Under the pieces are notes generated by a model. The model did no database searches and was not told the origin of the DNA. It saw only the letters and a program-made list of their open reading frames with translations. Source: an uncultured Clostridia bacterium (GTDB taxonomy: Bacteria; Bacillota; Clostridia; TANB77; CAG-465). Taken from it: a stretch of DNA of 64,000 nt. This document shows, piece by piece, positions 28,773-38,898 of the stretch. The stretch's first letter is position 1. Each line of letters begins with the position of its first letter. The translations under genes were made by a program, and so were the position numbers. The stretch covers positions 141,269 to 205,268 of the forward strand of contig CAKPOO010000002.1 of assembly GCA_934169925.1 (NCBI GenBank), given 5' to 3'.

Positions 28773-30308
28773 ATGAAAAATAAATTAAGAATGCTAATTA
28801 TTTTAGATGGAGTTGGAATAAACAAAGAAAAAAAAGGTAATGCGTTTTTACTTGCTAAGAAAAATAACATAGATAAATATTTATCTAAATATCCTACTAC
28901 ACATATAAAAACTAGTGGTATGGCAGTTGGGTTACCAGAAGGTCAAATGGGAAATTCAGAAGTTGGCCATACTAATATTGGTGCAGGTAGAATTGTATAT
29001 CAAGAATTAACAAGAATAACTAAACAAATAGAAGATGGTGAATTTTTCAAAAATGAAGAATTAGTAGCTGCTATGGAAAATGTAAAGAAAAACAATTCAT
29101 CTTTACATTTATTAGGTCTTGTATCAGATGGTGGTGTTCATGCTCATATTGATCATTTATTTGGATTACTTGAAATGGCTAAAAAATTTGGTATAGAAAA
29201 TGTATATGTACATGCAATATTAGATGGAAGAGATACAGCTCCAACATCTGCAGTTGAATATATCAAAAAATTAGAAGAAAAAATGAAAGAACTTGGAATT
29301 GGTCAAATTGCCACTTTATCTGGTAGATATTATGCTATGGATAGAGATAATAGATGGGAAAGGGAAAAACTTGCATATGATGCTATGGTTTATGGAAAAG
29401 GTAATACTTTTAAAACTGCACAAAAGGCTATTGAAACATCATATGAAGCACAAGAATTTGATGAATTTGTAAAACCAATAGTTTTAACTAATTCTCAAAA
29501 TGAACCTATTGCTAAAGTTTCAGAAAATGATAGTGTTATATTCTTTAACTTTAGACCAGATAGAGCAAGACAACTTACAAAAGCTTTTGTAAATGATAAT
29601 TTTGATGGATTTGAAAGAGAAAAAATAAATAATCTTTTCTTTGTTACAATGACTGAATATGATGCAAGTATTACTAATGTTAAAGTTGCGTTTAAACCTC
29701 AAAAATTAGTAAATACATTAGGAGAATATGTATCTAAGAAAGGATATAACCAATTAAGAATAGCTGAAACAGAAAAATATGCACATGTTACATTCTTCTT
29801 TAATGGTGGTAGAGAAGAACCATATGAAGGTGAAGATAGAATTCTTGTTCCATCACCTAAAGTTGCTACATATGATTTAAAACCAGAAATGTCAGCTTAT
29901 GAAGTAACTGATAAAGTATTAGAAGCAATGGACTCACAAAAATATGATCTTATTATCATGAACTATGCAAATGGTGATATGGTAGGACATACTGGAAATG
30001 TTGAAAAAGCAATTGAAGCAGTTGAAGCTTTAGATGTATGTCTTGGTAAAGTAATATCTAAACTTGAAGAAATGAAAGGTGAAGCTATTATTACAGCTGA
30101 TCATGGAAATTGTGAATATATGATTGATTTACAAACAGGTGAACCAATAACTTCGCATTCTACATTTGATGTACCATTAATTTTAGTTTCAGATAGAGTA
30201 AAAGAACTAAGACCTGGAAGACTTTGTGATTTAGCACCAACAATGTTAGATTTAATGGGAGAAGAAATTCCAAAAGAAATGACAGGTGAATCTTTAGTAA
30301 CATTATAG
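28773..30308 (+). CDS. gpmI: 2,3-bisphosphoglycerate-independent phosphoglycerate mutase.
   Basis: 511-aa iPGM. LILDGVG…GNSEVGH metal/phosphoserine region and C-terminal TADHGN. Confidence 0.9.
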   Translation: MKNKLRMLIILDGVGINKEKKGNAFLLAKKNNIDKYLSKYPTTHIKTSGMAVGLPEGQMGNSEVGHTNIGAGRIVYQELTRITKQIEDGEFFKNEELVAAMENVKKNNSSLHLLGLVSDGGVHAHIDHLFGLLEMAKKFGIENVYVHAILDGRDTAPTSAVEYIKKLEEKMKELGIGQIATLSGRYYAMDRDNRWEREKLAYDAMVYGKGNTFKTAQKAIETSYEAQEFDEFVKPIVLTNSQNEPIAKVSENDSVIFFNFRPDRARQLTKAFVNDNFDGFEREKINNLFFVTMTEYDASITNVKVAFKPQKLVNTLGEYVSKKGYNQLRIAETEKYAHVTFFFNGGREEPYEGEDRILVPSPKVATYDLKPEMSAYEVTDKVLEAMDSQKYDLIIMNYANGDMVGHTGNVEKAIEAVEALDVCLGKVISKLEEMKGEAIITADHGNCEYMIDLQTGEPITSHSTFDVPLILVSDRVKELRPGRLCDLAPTMLDLMGEEIPKEMTGESLVTL

Positions 30309-30327
30309 AATTTTATGGAGGTTTGTT

Positions 30328-31146
30328 ATGGAAGAAAATTTTAATTTTGATGTACTTGAAAAAGAAGATGAAAATGAATTAGAAGAAGATTACGCTTTTT
30401 TTCAATGCCAAAATTGTGGAAGTTTTATTGATGAAAATGAACCTCCATATAAAAAAATTAGTGAATATAAAGTTTGTCCATTTTGTGGTAAGAAAAATAT
30501 AGATGGGAAGCTTTTTAAAAAAATTTCAAAATTTGAATTTGAAGAAGCTATGAAATTTCAACAAAAAAAGAAAAAAGAAGTTCAAGAAAAAGAAGCTGCA
30601 AAAAAGAAAAAAGAAAATAAACAAAATTCTTTAAATAAAGTATTAAAGGATAAAATGAAAGAAGATATAAAAGATTTATATAAAGAATTAAATGATGATT
30701 TAAAGATGGGAAAAATATCACCAGAAAGATATTATTGTTTAATGATTAATCTTTCATATAATATTGTTAAATATAATTCTAGAAGAATGGATGGAATCTC
30801 TTGGACTGATTTTAGGAAATATATAGTTGATATTTCAAAACTTACTCTTGATTCGTATGATTTAAAAGTAGATTTAGATGATGCTTTAGATAACTATGAA
30901 AAAGAAAAGGATGAGTTATATTTAGAGTATAATTTAAAAATTTTAGATGGAGCAGAAGATTTACAATCAGATCCTTACGAAGTTGAAGAGTTAAAAAAAG
31001 AAATAAGAACTACAGAGTATGAAATAAAAGCACAAGAAAAGCTAAATGAAAAAGTTATGAAAAAAGATAAGTATATTACTGATAAAGAATTAAAAAAAGA
31101 AGAAAAAAACTTTAAAGAAATTTTAAAAAGACAAACTAGTAAATAA
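30328..31146 (+). CDS. Hypothetical zinc-ribbon protein with a K/E-rich coiled coil, occupying the position where eno usually follows gpmI.
   Basis: GGAGG RBS. CQNCGS…CPFCGKK (C-x2-C…C-x2-C). The remainder is charged helical sequence. Confidence 0.45.
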   Translation: MEENFNFDVLEKEDENELEEDYAFFQCQNCGSFIDENEPPYKKISEYKVCPFCGKKNIDGKLFKKISKFEFEEAMKFQQKKKKEVQEKEAAKKKKENKQNSLNKVLKDKMKEDIKDLYKELNDDLKMGKISPERYYCLMINLSYNIVKYNSRRMDGISWTDFRKYIVDISKLTLDSYDLKVDLDDALDNYEKEKDELYLEYNLKILDGAEDLQSDPYEVEELKKEIRTTEYEIKAQEKLNEKVMKKDKYITDKELKKEEKNFKEILKRQTSK

Positions 31147-31179
31147 AAAACATGGCAATTTTATTACCATGTTTTTTTG
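31146..31179. terminator. Rho-independent terminator after the zinc-ribbon gene.
   Basis: Stem aaaaacatgg / ccatgttttt with an 11-nt loop, then a T run. Confidence 0.6.
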
Positions 31180-31208
31180 TTATAATGAAGAATTAATTTT
31201 CATTATAC

Positions 31209-31430
31209 TCAAGCCCATTTTGGATCGAGTAATGTTTCCATCTGAATTTTTAATTCTTCATCACTAAGCTTTGAGAATCCTTCTAACATTTCTGCTAAAT
31301 TATAAAGCTCATTAAATGAATTTCTTGAATTTAAGTTATCTGTATGCAAAAGCATCTTTAACTTTTCTTCGTCTAAGAATTTTGCAATTCTTTCTCCAAA
31401 TAAACTGACTATAATGTTCTTATCTAACAT
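31209..31430 (-). CDS. Hypothetical 73-aa protein.
   Basis: AAAGGA RBS 6 nt upstream on the minus strand. No motif. Confidence 0.35.
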   Translation of the reverse strand: MLDKNIIVSLFGERIAKFLDEEKLKMLLHTDNLNSRNSFNELYNLAEMLEGFSKLSDEELKIQMETLLDPKWA

Positions 31431-31570
31431 AGAAGATCCTTTCTTCCCATTAGGGATTTAAAAAAATATTTATAAATTAATACGTAGTTAGTATAGCACA
31501 ATAATATTGTAAAATCAATAAAAATATAAAAAAGATTACATAATTTAAATTTATTTTATCTAATAGGTAG

Positions 31571-31600
31571 TAAAAAACCCCTGTTAAAATAACAGAGGTC
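31571..31600 (-). terminator. Minus-strand terminator after the 31619-32059 gene.
   Basis: On the minus strand: cctctgtt / aacagggg stem, then tttttt. Confidence 0.55.
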
Positions 31601-31618
31601 CATTTTTTAAGGATTACT

Positions 31619-32059
31619 TTAAACTAGAATACGAATACCCTTTGCAAATATGTCTTCAAGTTCATCGTTAGGCATAGCTTTAAGCTTTAGTATTATCCAA
31701 TCATCCGAAGCACAAGGGTAATACTCATAAACATCAGCAATGATATCTGCAATATCTTTATATGATAAAGCTTTTAACTTGCTTACATTAGAATTTGAGA
31801 AAATTCCCTTTAATTCTACAAGAATATCAAGAGCTTTCTGTTCGTCAAAATCAATGCCCTTTAAAGTATCAACTGCATCCTTAGGAATATGAAATCTTTC
31901 TTCTGTCTGCTTAACTAATACTGAAAGCATTCTACCATTAGGTAATATTGAAACCTTAAAGTCTCTATCAACGATCTGTCCATCTGATTCTGTAAGTTCA
32001 TGAATTGTCTGAACTTTTAAATCCTTATTCACTTTTTCCTGTAAACTCAAATTAAACAT
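31619..32059 (-). CDS. Hypothetical 146-aa protein. Start placed at the second ATG, 9 nt downstream of the AAGGAGG RBS.
   Basis: Strong RBS. No recognisable domain. Confidence 0.4.
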   Translation of the reverse strand: MFNLSLQEKVNKDLKVQTIHELTESDGQIVDRDFKVSILPNGRMLSVLVKQTEERFHIPKDAVDTLKGIDFDEQKALDILVELKGIFSNSNVSKLKALSYKDIADIIADVYEYYPCASDDWIILKLKAMPNDELEDIFAKGIRILV

Positions 32060-32234
32060 AAAAAACATCCTCCTTAATAAACTAGGATTAAAACAACTGG
32101 TTACACCGAGATTATAACACTAAAGAATAATTTTGTCAACAAAATTTAACAAAAAGTTGACATAAAGAAAAAATGATGCTATACTTTACTAGGTACAAAA
32201 GTAAGTAATCTTATTTAATAATAGGAGGAGTAAT

Positions 32235-33404
32235 ATGAGTAATGAAATCAAGACTCGTGAGTCATTATTAAACGAAAAGGTGTATAACAATTGTAAATTC
32301 TTTGAAGAACTGCTACAAGCTGCTGTACTTCTTGGTCTTATGGAAGAAAAAGAGGCTTATGCATATGTAAGTAGTATGTCTGATGCAATAATGAGTGTTG
32401 TGTATAAAACTATCGGTGAATTAGAGATCAATGTAACAGAGGTAAGTAAGATAATTGTTAACAATAACATATACATTTTATCTATGTACTTAATGACTAT
32501 GAAACCAGTAGAAGCATACAATTTAATAAGAGAAACACCGGCTGCAGATTTATTAGATGCTGCAATTGATTACTATGTTGCAACATGTAATAAATTGAAA
32601 AATTTAGTGTTAATTAGAAAAAATGTATGCCAGGCATTAAAGCATCCAAGAAAAGAGTTGATTGCTACGTTAAATGAAGCTTTAACATATAACGCAAATT
32701 TTAGTGAGCTATCAACAATAACAATTGCTTTTAGTGATTATATTCCAATGGCTGCTTTTTATCATGATGATAGTCTTCTTGTTTCATTAAAGAACATAAT
32801 AGACATTATGTATATTGAAAATTCGATCTTTAACAAATTTGATAATGGTGTAATTGAAAAATTGCGCATTAAAAATAAAGAGATTGAAAGTAAGAATACT
32901 GAAGCTGCTGAAAAGTCAATGGAGGAAGAAATTTTAGCTGAAGCTAAGATACGTGCAAAAGAAAGGATAGCTGATTACAAAAAGCAAAATTCTGGAAAGT
33001 ATGCTTCAAAACTTACAAGATTTGAAAAAGATCAAATTTTAGAAGAAGAGATTGCAAAACTTGAAAGTGAGAAAAGAGAGCAGTTTGATGATGAAGAGTT
33101 TAAAAGAAAGATGGATCTTTCAAATGTTGCAACATTAACATCACCATTAAGAGAGCTGTTAATTGAGTTTTGTTATGAGCTTATAAAGTTTAGAAGCAGT
33201 AACTTAATTGATCTTAAAGTTGGTAAATTTGTGTTTGTGACTAATCTTTACAAGCAGGGTGAAGAAAGAATAAAGGCTATGAAAGAGCAGGGAGAGGATG
33301 TAACTTTTATCGAAAATCCAATCTTTGATTTGCTTTTTAACAAGCAAGAGTCAATTTGTTTTACAGATGAAGAAAAAAGATATATAAGAGAAAATCTTTT
33401 TTAA
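32235..33404 (+). CDS. Hypothetical 389-aa protein (alpha-helical N-terminal half, charged coiled-coil middle).
   Basis: AGGAGG RBS. Divergently oriented to the two small minus-strand genes. No recognisable motif. Confidence 0.45.
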   Translation: MSNEIKTRESLLNEKVYNNCKFFEELLQAAVLLGLMEEKEAYAYVSSMSDAIMSVVYKTIGELEINVTEVSKIIVNNNIYILSMYLMTMKPVEAYNLIRETPAADLLDAAIDYYVATCNKLKNLVLIRKNVCQALKHPRKELIATLNEALTYNANFSELSTITIAFSDYIPMAAFYHDDSLLVSLKNIIDIMYIENSIFNKFDNGVIEKLRIKNKEIESKNTEAAEKSMEEEILAEAKIRAKERIADYKKQNSGKYASKLTRFEKDQILEEEIAKLESEKREQFDDEEFKRKMDLSNVATLTSPLRELLIEFCYELIKFRSSNLIDLKVGKFVFVTNLYKQGEERIKAMKEQGEDVTFIENPIFDLLFNKQESICFTDEEKRYIRENLF

Positions 33405-33410
33405 ATTTAA

Positions 33411-33440
33411 GGCAGTGGTTATAATTACCACTGCTTTTTA
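33411..33440 (+). terminator. Rho-independent terminator after the 32235-33404 gene.
   Basis: Stem ggcagtgg / ccactgct, then ttttt. Confidence 0.55.
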
Positions 33441-33608
33441 TTGACTTATTGTCTATTTTATGTTAAAATTATTATGTTATTTTAGTTACGTTTTGATAAA
33501 TATAGCTTTAAGCTATTTTTTATATATTAATTATAAGTTGTACGGTTTTTATTTAAGTTTAGTGTAGATTGAAAAAAGAATATTTTAAGTTAAGAAGGGA
33601 AGAATTAA

Positions 33609-35567
33609 ATGGGAGAAAAAGAAGAAATTAAAAAAACAACTTCAACTAATTCAAAAAGAAAAGTAAATAATCATAGTGATTATAAGAAAAATGTTGAAGT
33701 AAAAAAGAAAACTACTAGAAATACAACCAAAAGTTTATCTAGTAGATTAAAAAAAGATACGAAAAAAGTTTTAACAAAAAATAGTGATGTGAAAGTAGAA
33801 TTTACAAACATTGAAAATTCACTTGTAGAAGTAAAAAATAAATTAGTAAAAACAAAAAATAATATGCCTACTATATTTAAAAAACCTAAATTAAAAATTA
33901 TTCCTTTAGGTGGAATGAATGAAATAGGTAAAAACTTAACAGTTTTTGAATATGAAAATGAAATTGTTATTATAGACTGTGGGCTTGCTTTTCCAGAAGA
34001 TGATATGTTAGGTGTAGATATTGTTATACCTGATACTACATATTTAGAAAAAAATAAAGATAAAATAAAAGCTTTACTTATAACACATGGACATGAGGAT
34101 CATATTGGTGCAATACCATATTTTTTAAAGAAATTTAATGTACCTGTATATGGTACAAAATTAACACTAGGACTTATAAAAAATAAACTTATAGAACATA
34201 ATTTAGAAAAAACAACAACTTTAAAATGTGTAAAAGCAGGAGATGTGGTTAAATTTAAACATTTTAAAGCTGAATTTATCAGAATGACACACTCAATTGC
34301 TGATTCTGTTGGTATAGCTTTAACAACTCCATATGGAATTATTTTTCATACAGGAGATTTTAAAGTAGATTATACACCACTTGATGGTGAACCAATGGAC
34401 TTTATGAGAGTAGCAGAGCTTGGTAGACAAGGTATTTTAATGGTACTTGCTGATAGTACAAATGCTTTAAGACCAGGGTATACAATGTCTGAGATAACAG
34501 TTGGAAAAGAATTTGATAAAATATTTACTAATTGTACAAAAAGAATTATTGTTGCAACATTTGCTTCAAATATTCATAGAATGCAACAAATTATTAATTC
34601 TGCAGTAAAATGTAATAGAAAAGTAACTGTTGTTGGTAGAAGTATGTTAAATGTACTTCAAGTTTCTCAAGAATTAGGATATATTACAATGCCTGAAGGA
34701 ACTTTAATTGATGTTGATAAAATAGGAATGTATAACCCAGAACAATTAGTTATTATAACTACTGGTTCACAAGGTGAACCTATGGCAGCACTTTCTAGAA
34801 TGTCATCAGGTGAGCACAAAAAAGTTCAAATTACACCAGATGATTTAGTTATTTTTTCATCTTCACCAATACCAGGAAATGAGAAATCTGTAGGTAGAGT
34901 AATAGATGAACTTGAAAAATTAGGTGCAGAAATTATATATAACCAACTTGCTGATGTTCATGTTTCAGGTCATGCTTGTCAAGAAGAATTAAAATTGTTA
35001 TTGAGTTTAACAAAACCAAAATATTTTATGCCAGTTCATGGTGAATATAGATTCTTGAAAAAACATGGAGAATTGGCAGTAAGTGTTGGTGTTGATAAGA
35101 ATAATATTTTCTTAATGTCTAACGGTAGTTGCTTAGAAATTGATGATGAGGGTGCAAAAATTGCAAATCAAGTTCCATCAGGAATGGTACTTGTTGATGG
35201 TCTTGGAGTTGGAGACGTTGGAAATATAGTTATTCGTGATAGACAATTATTATCTGAAAATGGTGTTATAATTGTTGTTGTAACACTTGATAGAAGAACA
35301 GCAAAAGTTGTTTCTGGCCCAGATATTGTAACACGTGGATTTGTATATGTAAGAGAAAATGAAGATTTAGTAGAAGAAATTAGGGATGTTGCAAGAGATG
35401 AATTAGAAAGATGTGACAAGGAAGATGTTAGAGAATGGTCTAATATTAAAGCTGCATTAAGAGAATCAATTATGAAATATGTTTTCATAAAAACAAAACG
35501 TCAACCTATGATTTTACCAATTCTTATGGATATAGATTTTGAAAGACAAAATCCAAACAAAAAGTAA
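33609..35567 (+). CDS. rnj: Ribonuclease J (metallo-beta-lactamase / beta-CASP) with a lysine-rich N-terminal extension of about 95 aa.
   Basis: LKIIPLGGMNEIGKN start of the core. HGHEDHIGAIPY zinc motif. C-terminal domain. Confidence 0.85.
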   Translation: MGEKEEIKKTTSTNSKRKVNNHSDYKKNVEVKKKTTRNTTKSLSSRLKKDTKKVLTKNSDVKVEFTNIENSLVEVKNKLVKTKNNMPTIFKKPKLKIIPLGGMNEIGKNLTVFEYENEIVIIDCGLAFPEDDMLGVDIVIPDTTYLEKNKDKIKALLITHGHEDHIGAIPYFLKKFNVPVYGTKLTLGLIKNKLIEHNLEKTTTLKCVKAGDVVKFKHFKAEFIRMTHSIADSVGIALTTPYGIIFHTGDFKVDYTPLDGEPMDFMRVAELGRQGILMVLADSTNALRPGYTMSEITVGKEFDKIFTNCTKRIIVATFASNIHRMQQIINSAVKCNRKVTVVGRSMLNVLQVSQELGYITMPEGTLIDVDKIGMYNPEQLVIITTGSQGEPMAALSRMSSGEHKKVQITPDDLVIFSSSPIPGNEKSVGRVIDELEKLGAEIIYNQLADVHVSGHACQEELKLLLSLTKPKYFMPVHGEYRFLKKHGELAVSVGVDKNNIFLMSNGSCLEIDDEGAKIANQVPSGMVLVDGLGVGDVGNIVIRDRQLLSENGVIIVVVTLDRRTAKVVSGPDIVTRGFVYVRENEDLVEEIRDVARDELERCDKEDVREWSNIKAALRESIMKYVFIKTKRQPMILPILMDIDFERQNPNKK

Positions 35568-35589
35568 AATAATAAAGAAAGTTACAAAT

Positions 35590-35630
35590 AAGCAAAAAAA
35601 GTAATTAAAAAAGCTTTTTTTGCTTATTAT
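35590..35630 (+). terminator. A/U-rich hairpin terminator after rnj.
   Basis: aagcaaaaaaag … ctttttttgctt 12-bp stem. Confidence 0.4.
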
Positions 35631-35711
35631 TGTTATTTTTTCTTGAATTTTTACTCATACTAGTGTAAAATTGATAGTGCGTTAATTAAGAATAATGAAA
35701 GGAAGAAAATT

Positions 35712-37418
35712 ATGGATAAAGATTATGAAAGAAAATGTTATGAACTTGCATATTTAATATTTCCAGATGTTTTTGAAACAGTAGATGATTTAGAAATAAA
35801 ATATCCTGAAAGAAATTTAAATATTGGTGCAAAAGTTACTCGTTTTGCTCCAAGTCCAACAGGATTTTTACATACAGGTGCATTGTTCATGGCTCTTGTA
35901 AATAAAAAAATGGCTGAACAATCAGATGGAGTTTTTTATTTAAGAATTGAAGATACAGATTCAAAAAGAGAAGTTCCTGGAAGTGTTAAGTTATTTACAG
36001 ATGAACTAAAAGCTTTTGGACTTAGTCCAATGGAAGGTGTAGTATCAGAAGATAAACAAGAAGGTTTTTATGGACCATATAAACAAAGTCAAAGAGCAGA
36101 TATCTATAGAATATGTGCTAAACATTTAGTTGAAAAAGGTCTTGCATATCCATGTTTTTGTACTCCTGAAAAACTTGCTGCAACTCATGAAGCACAAGAA
36201 AAAAATAAAATTGTTCCAGGATATTATGGAGTTTATGCTACTTGTAGAAATATTTCAATAGATGAATCTATCAGAAGAGTAAAAGCAGGTGAACCATATA
36301 TTTTACGTTTTAGATCTTCTGGATCACATTTAAATAAAACATCATTTATAGATGGTGCAAGAGGAAAAATAGAACTTGCAGAAAATGATCAAGATGTTGT
36401 TTTAATTAAAGGAGATGGACTTCCAACATATCATTTTGCACATGTTTGTGATGATCATTTTATGAGAACTACACATGTTGTAAGAGGAGAAGAATGGATT
36501 CCTTCTGTTCCAATACATTTAGAGTTATTCAAAGCTATGGGATTTGAAGCACCAACTTATGTACATTGTCCACTTATAATGGTAAAAGATGGAAATTCAA
36601 GACGTAAATTAAGTAAAAGAAAAGATAAAGAAGCAGCTGTTTCTTTCTTCTTAAAATCAGGTTATCCAGTAGAAGGGGTTATTGAATACTTAATGACTAT
36701 ATTAAATTCTGATTTTGAAATGTGGAGAAATAAAAATAAAGATGCGGATATATCAGAATTTGAATTTAAATTAAATAAATTAAGTTCTGCAGGCTCATTA
36801 CTTGATATTCCAAAGCTTAATGATGTAAGTAAAGAAATTATAGCTAAAATGGATAGTAAAGAAGTTTTAAAAAGAGTACTTGAGTGGTCTAAAGAATATG
36901 ATGAATCTTTAAATGATATTTTGAATAATGATTTAGAATATGCAAGAAAAGTTTTTGCTATAGAACGTGATGGTGCAAAAAAAATACGTAAAGATATATT
37001 TAAATGGGAAGATATTATTCCAACATTTTTCTATTTCTTTGATGAGTTATATCAAGACGAAATTAATAAAAATGGATATCAATTTGACGCTGTTGTTAGT
37101 AAAGAAGATTCAAAATTAAGTGTAGAAGATACTAAAAAAGTATTGAAAAAATATATCGAAGTATATAATCATGATGAAGATAAGGAAGCTTGGTTTAATA
37201 CAGTAAAATCAGCTGCAAATTCTCTTGGATATTGTACTGATATGAAAGAATATAAACAAAATCCAGATAAATATATTGGAAGTACAGCAGATTTTACAGG
37301 TGTTATCCGTATGGCTTTAACAAATAGAAAAAATTCACCTGATATATACCAAATAATGCAACTTCTAGGTAAAGAAAAAACTTTAAAAAGATTTGAAGAT
37401 GCTTTAAAAAATATATAA
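35712..37418 (+). CDS. gltX: Glutamate--tRNA ligase family protein with an atypical HIGH region (HTGA) and a 45-aa N-terminal extension.
   Basis: RFAPSPTG, RIEDTD, YPCFCT, HFAHVCDD, VVRGEEW and KLSKRK (KMSKS) motifs. Confidence 0.65.
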   Translation: MDKDYERKCYELAYLIFPDVFETVDDLEIKYPERNLNIGAKVTRFAPSPTGFLHTGALFMALVNKKMAEQSDGVFYLRIEDTDSKREVPGSVKLFTDELKAFGLSPMEGVVSEDKQEGFYGPYKQSQRADIYRICAKHLVEKGLAYPCFCTPEKLAATHEAQEKNKIVPGYYGVYATCRNISIDESIRRVKAGEPYILRFRSSGSHLNKTSFIDGARGKIELAENDQDVVLIKGDGLPTYHFAHVCDDHFMRTTHVVRGEEWIPSVPIHLELFKAMGFEAPTYVHCPLIMVKDGNSRRKLSKRKDKEAAVSFFLKSGYPVEGVIEYLMTILNSDFEMWRNKNKDADISEFEFKLNKLSSAGSLLDIPKLNDVSKEIIAKMDSKEVLKRVLEWSKEYDESLNDILNNDLEYARKVFAIERDGAKKIRKDIFKWEDIIPTFFYFFDELYQDEINKNGYQFDAVVSKEDSKLSVEDTKKVLKKYIEVYNHDEDKEAWFNTVKSAANSLGYCTDMKEYKQNPDKYIGSTADFTGVIRMALTNRKNSPDIYQIMQLLGKEKTLKRFEDALKNI

Positions 37419-37433
37419 CGTGTAATTTTTTAT

Positions 37434-37465
37434 GAGGATAGATTTTGATCTATCTTCTTTTTTTA
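37434..37465 (+). terminator. Rho-independent terminator after gltX.
   Basis: Stem gaggatagat / atctatcttc with loop tttg, then ttttttt. Confidence 0.55.
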
Positions 37466-37516
37466 TTTTATTTGATAATTGTTTTTTTTTATGTTAGTAT
37501 TTAACTGGTGATAAAT

Positions 37517-38704
37517 ATGATTAAAAACTTAGAAAAGAATGTGAAAAAAATTGAAGAATATTTAGAATACAAAAAAAATCAAACAATAGATATAGTTGAT
37601 TTAGTTAACTATTTTGCATATAAAAATGGTGTAAAAATAAAATTTAACGATAAAATGACAAGAATTGATAATATTGTAAATCCAAAGCAAAATATAGTTT
37701 TTATACTTGTAGATGGAATGGGTGCATATAAAGTGGCAAATTTAGATGATAAATCTATTTTAAAGCAAAATATAAAAGCTGCAATTCAAACTGTAAATCC
37801 AACTTCAACAGCTTGTGTTTTAACAACAGTTGCAACTGGTAAATATCCATCAGAACATGGTATACTTGGATGGTGGAATTATAGTAAAGAAAATAATATT
37901 AGCTATTATCCATTACTTTTTTTAGAAAATAAAACAGGAAAAAGTTTAGAAGAAAAAGGATATAAAATGAAAGACTTTTTTAAATATAACAGTCTTTTTG
38001 AAAAATATAATAAAGATGTAAATATTTATATGAAAAGAACAATTATTGAATCTAATTATTCTAAATATTTTTCTGGTAAAAAAGCAAAAAGACATGGAGT
38101 TTACTCAATAAAAGATGGGTTTGATAAGATTATAAAAAATATAAATGAACAAAGTAAAGCATCTTTTAATTATTTTTATATTAGTGGTTTAGATGATGTA
38201 TCACATAAATATGGTATGGATAGTTATGAAGCGTTAGGGATAATTAAAGAGGTGGAAGAAGGAATTCAAAAAATTTCAAGAATTTGTAATGATACAACAA
38301 TTGTAGTAACTGCAGATCATGGCCAAATTAATATGTCTAAACATTTATATTTAAATCAAAATAATGATTATACTAAATATTTTTATGCAGCTCCAAGTAT
38401 AGATACAAGGATTATAAGCTTTTTTGTAAAAGAAGAATGTAAGAATGAGTTTGAAGAAATGTTTTCTAATGAATTTTTTGAAGATATTGTACTTTTAACA
38501 AAAGATGAATTTTTAAAATATGCATTTATTGGAGATGAGTATTCAAAATATGCTTTAAATTCTATAGGTGAATATATAGGAATCGTCGTAACTGATAAAT
38601 TCTTAATAGCAGATACAGTAAATCTTGAAGATTATATGTCAACAAAAGGCAATCATTCTGGAATTACAAAAGAAGAAACTACAATTCCTTTAATTGTTAT
38701 ATAG
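37517..38704 (+). CDS. Alkaline-phosphatase-superfamily protein (nucleotide pyrophosphatase/phosphodiesterase-like).
   Basis: Metal-ligand blocks VFILVDGMG, TSTACVLTTVATGKYPSEHG and VVTADHGQ. Confidence 0.6.
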   Translation: MIKNLEKNVKKIEEYLEYKKNQTIDIVDLVNYFAYKNGVKIKFNDKMTRIDNIVNPKQNIVFILVDGMGAYKVANLDDKSILKQNIKAAIQTVNPTSTACVLTTVATGKYPSEHGILGWWNYSKENNISYYPLLFLENKTGKSLEEKGYKMKDFFKYNSLFEKYNKDVNIYMKRTIIESNYSKYFSGKKAKRHGVYSIKDGFDKIIKNINEQSKASFNYFYISGLDDVSHKYGMDSYEALGIIKEVEEGIQKISRICNDTTIVVTADHGQINMSKHLYLNQNNDYTKYFYAAPSIDTRIISFFVKEECKNEFEEMFSNEFFEDIVLLTKDEFLKYAFIGDEYSKYALNSIGEYIGIVVTDKFLIADTVNLEDYMSTKGNHSGITKEETTIPLIVI

Positions 38705-38713
38705 GTGATATTT

Positions 38714-38887
38714 ATGGATGATAGAGAAAAAATGTTAAGCTATATTAGTGCTAGTGTTGGAATGGAAAATCAATTTCTTGATGAGGGTGACTTAAAAAAT
38801 ATTAATGATTTTTTAGATAAAAAGATTACAGAAAAACAAGCAATTTACAATATAAAGCAAGAATTTAGTAAATATATTGAAAGATAA
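38714..38887 (+). CDS. Small antitoxin-like protein (57 aa) carrying a Fic inhibitory motif (VbhA/FicA-like).
   Basis: SVGMEN matches the [S/T]xxxE[G/N] inhibitory motif. AGGTGA RBS. Lies immediately upstream of the Fic gene. Confidence 0.55.
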   Translation: MDDREKMLSYISASVGMENQFLDEGDLKNINDFLDKKITEKQAIYNIKQEFSKYIER

Positions 38888-38898
38888 TAGGTGGTTTT

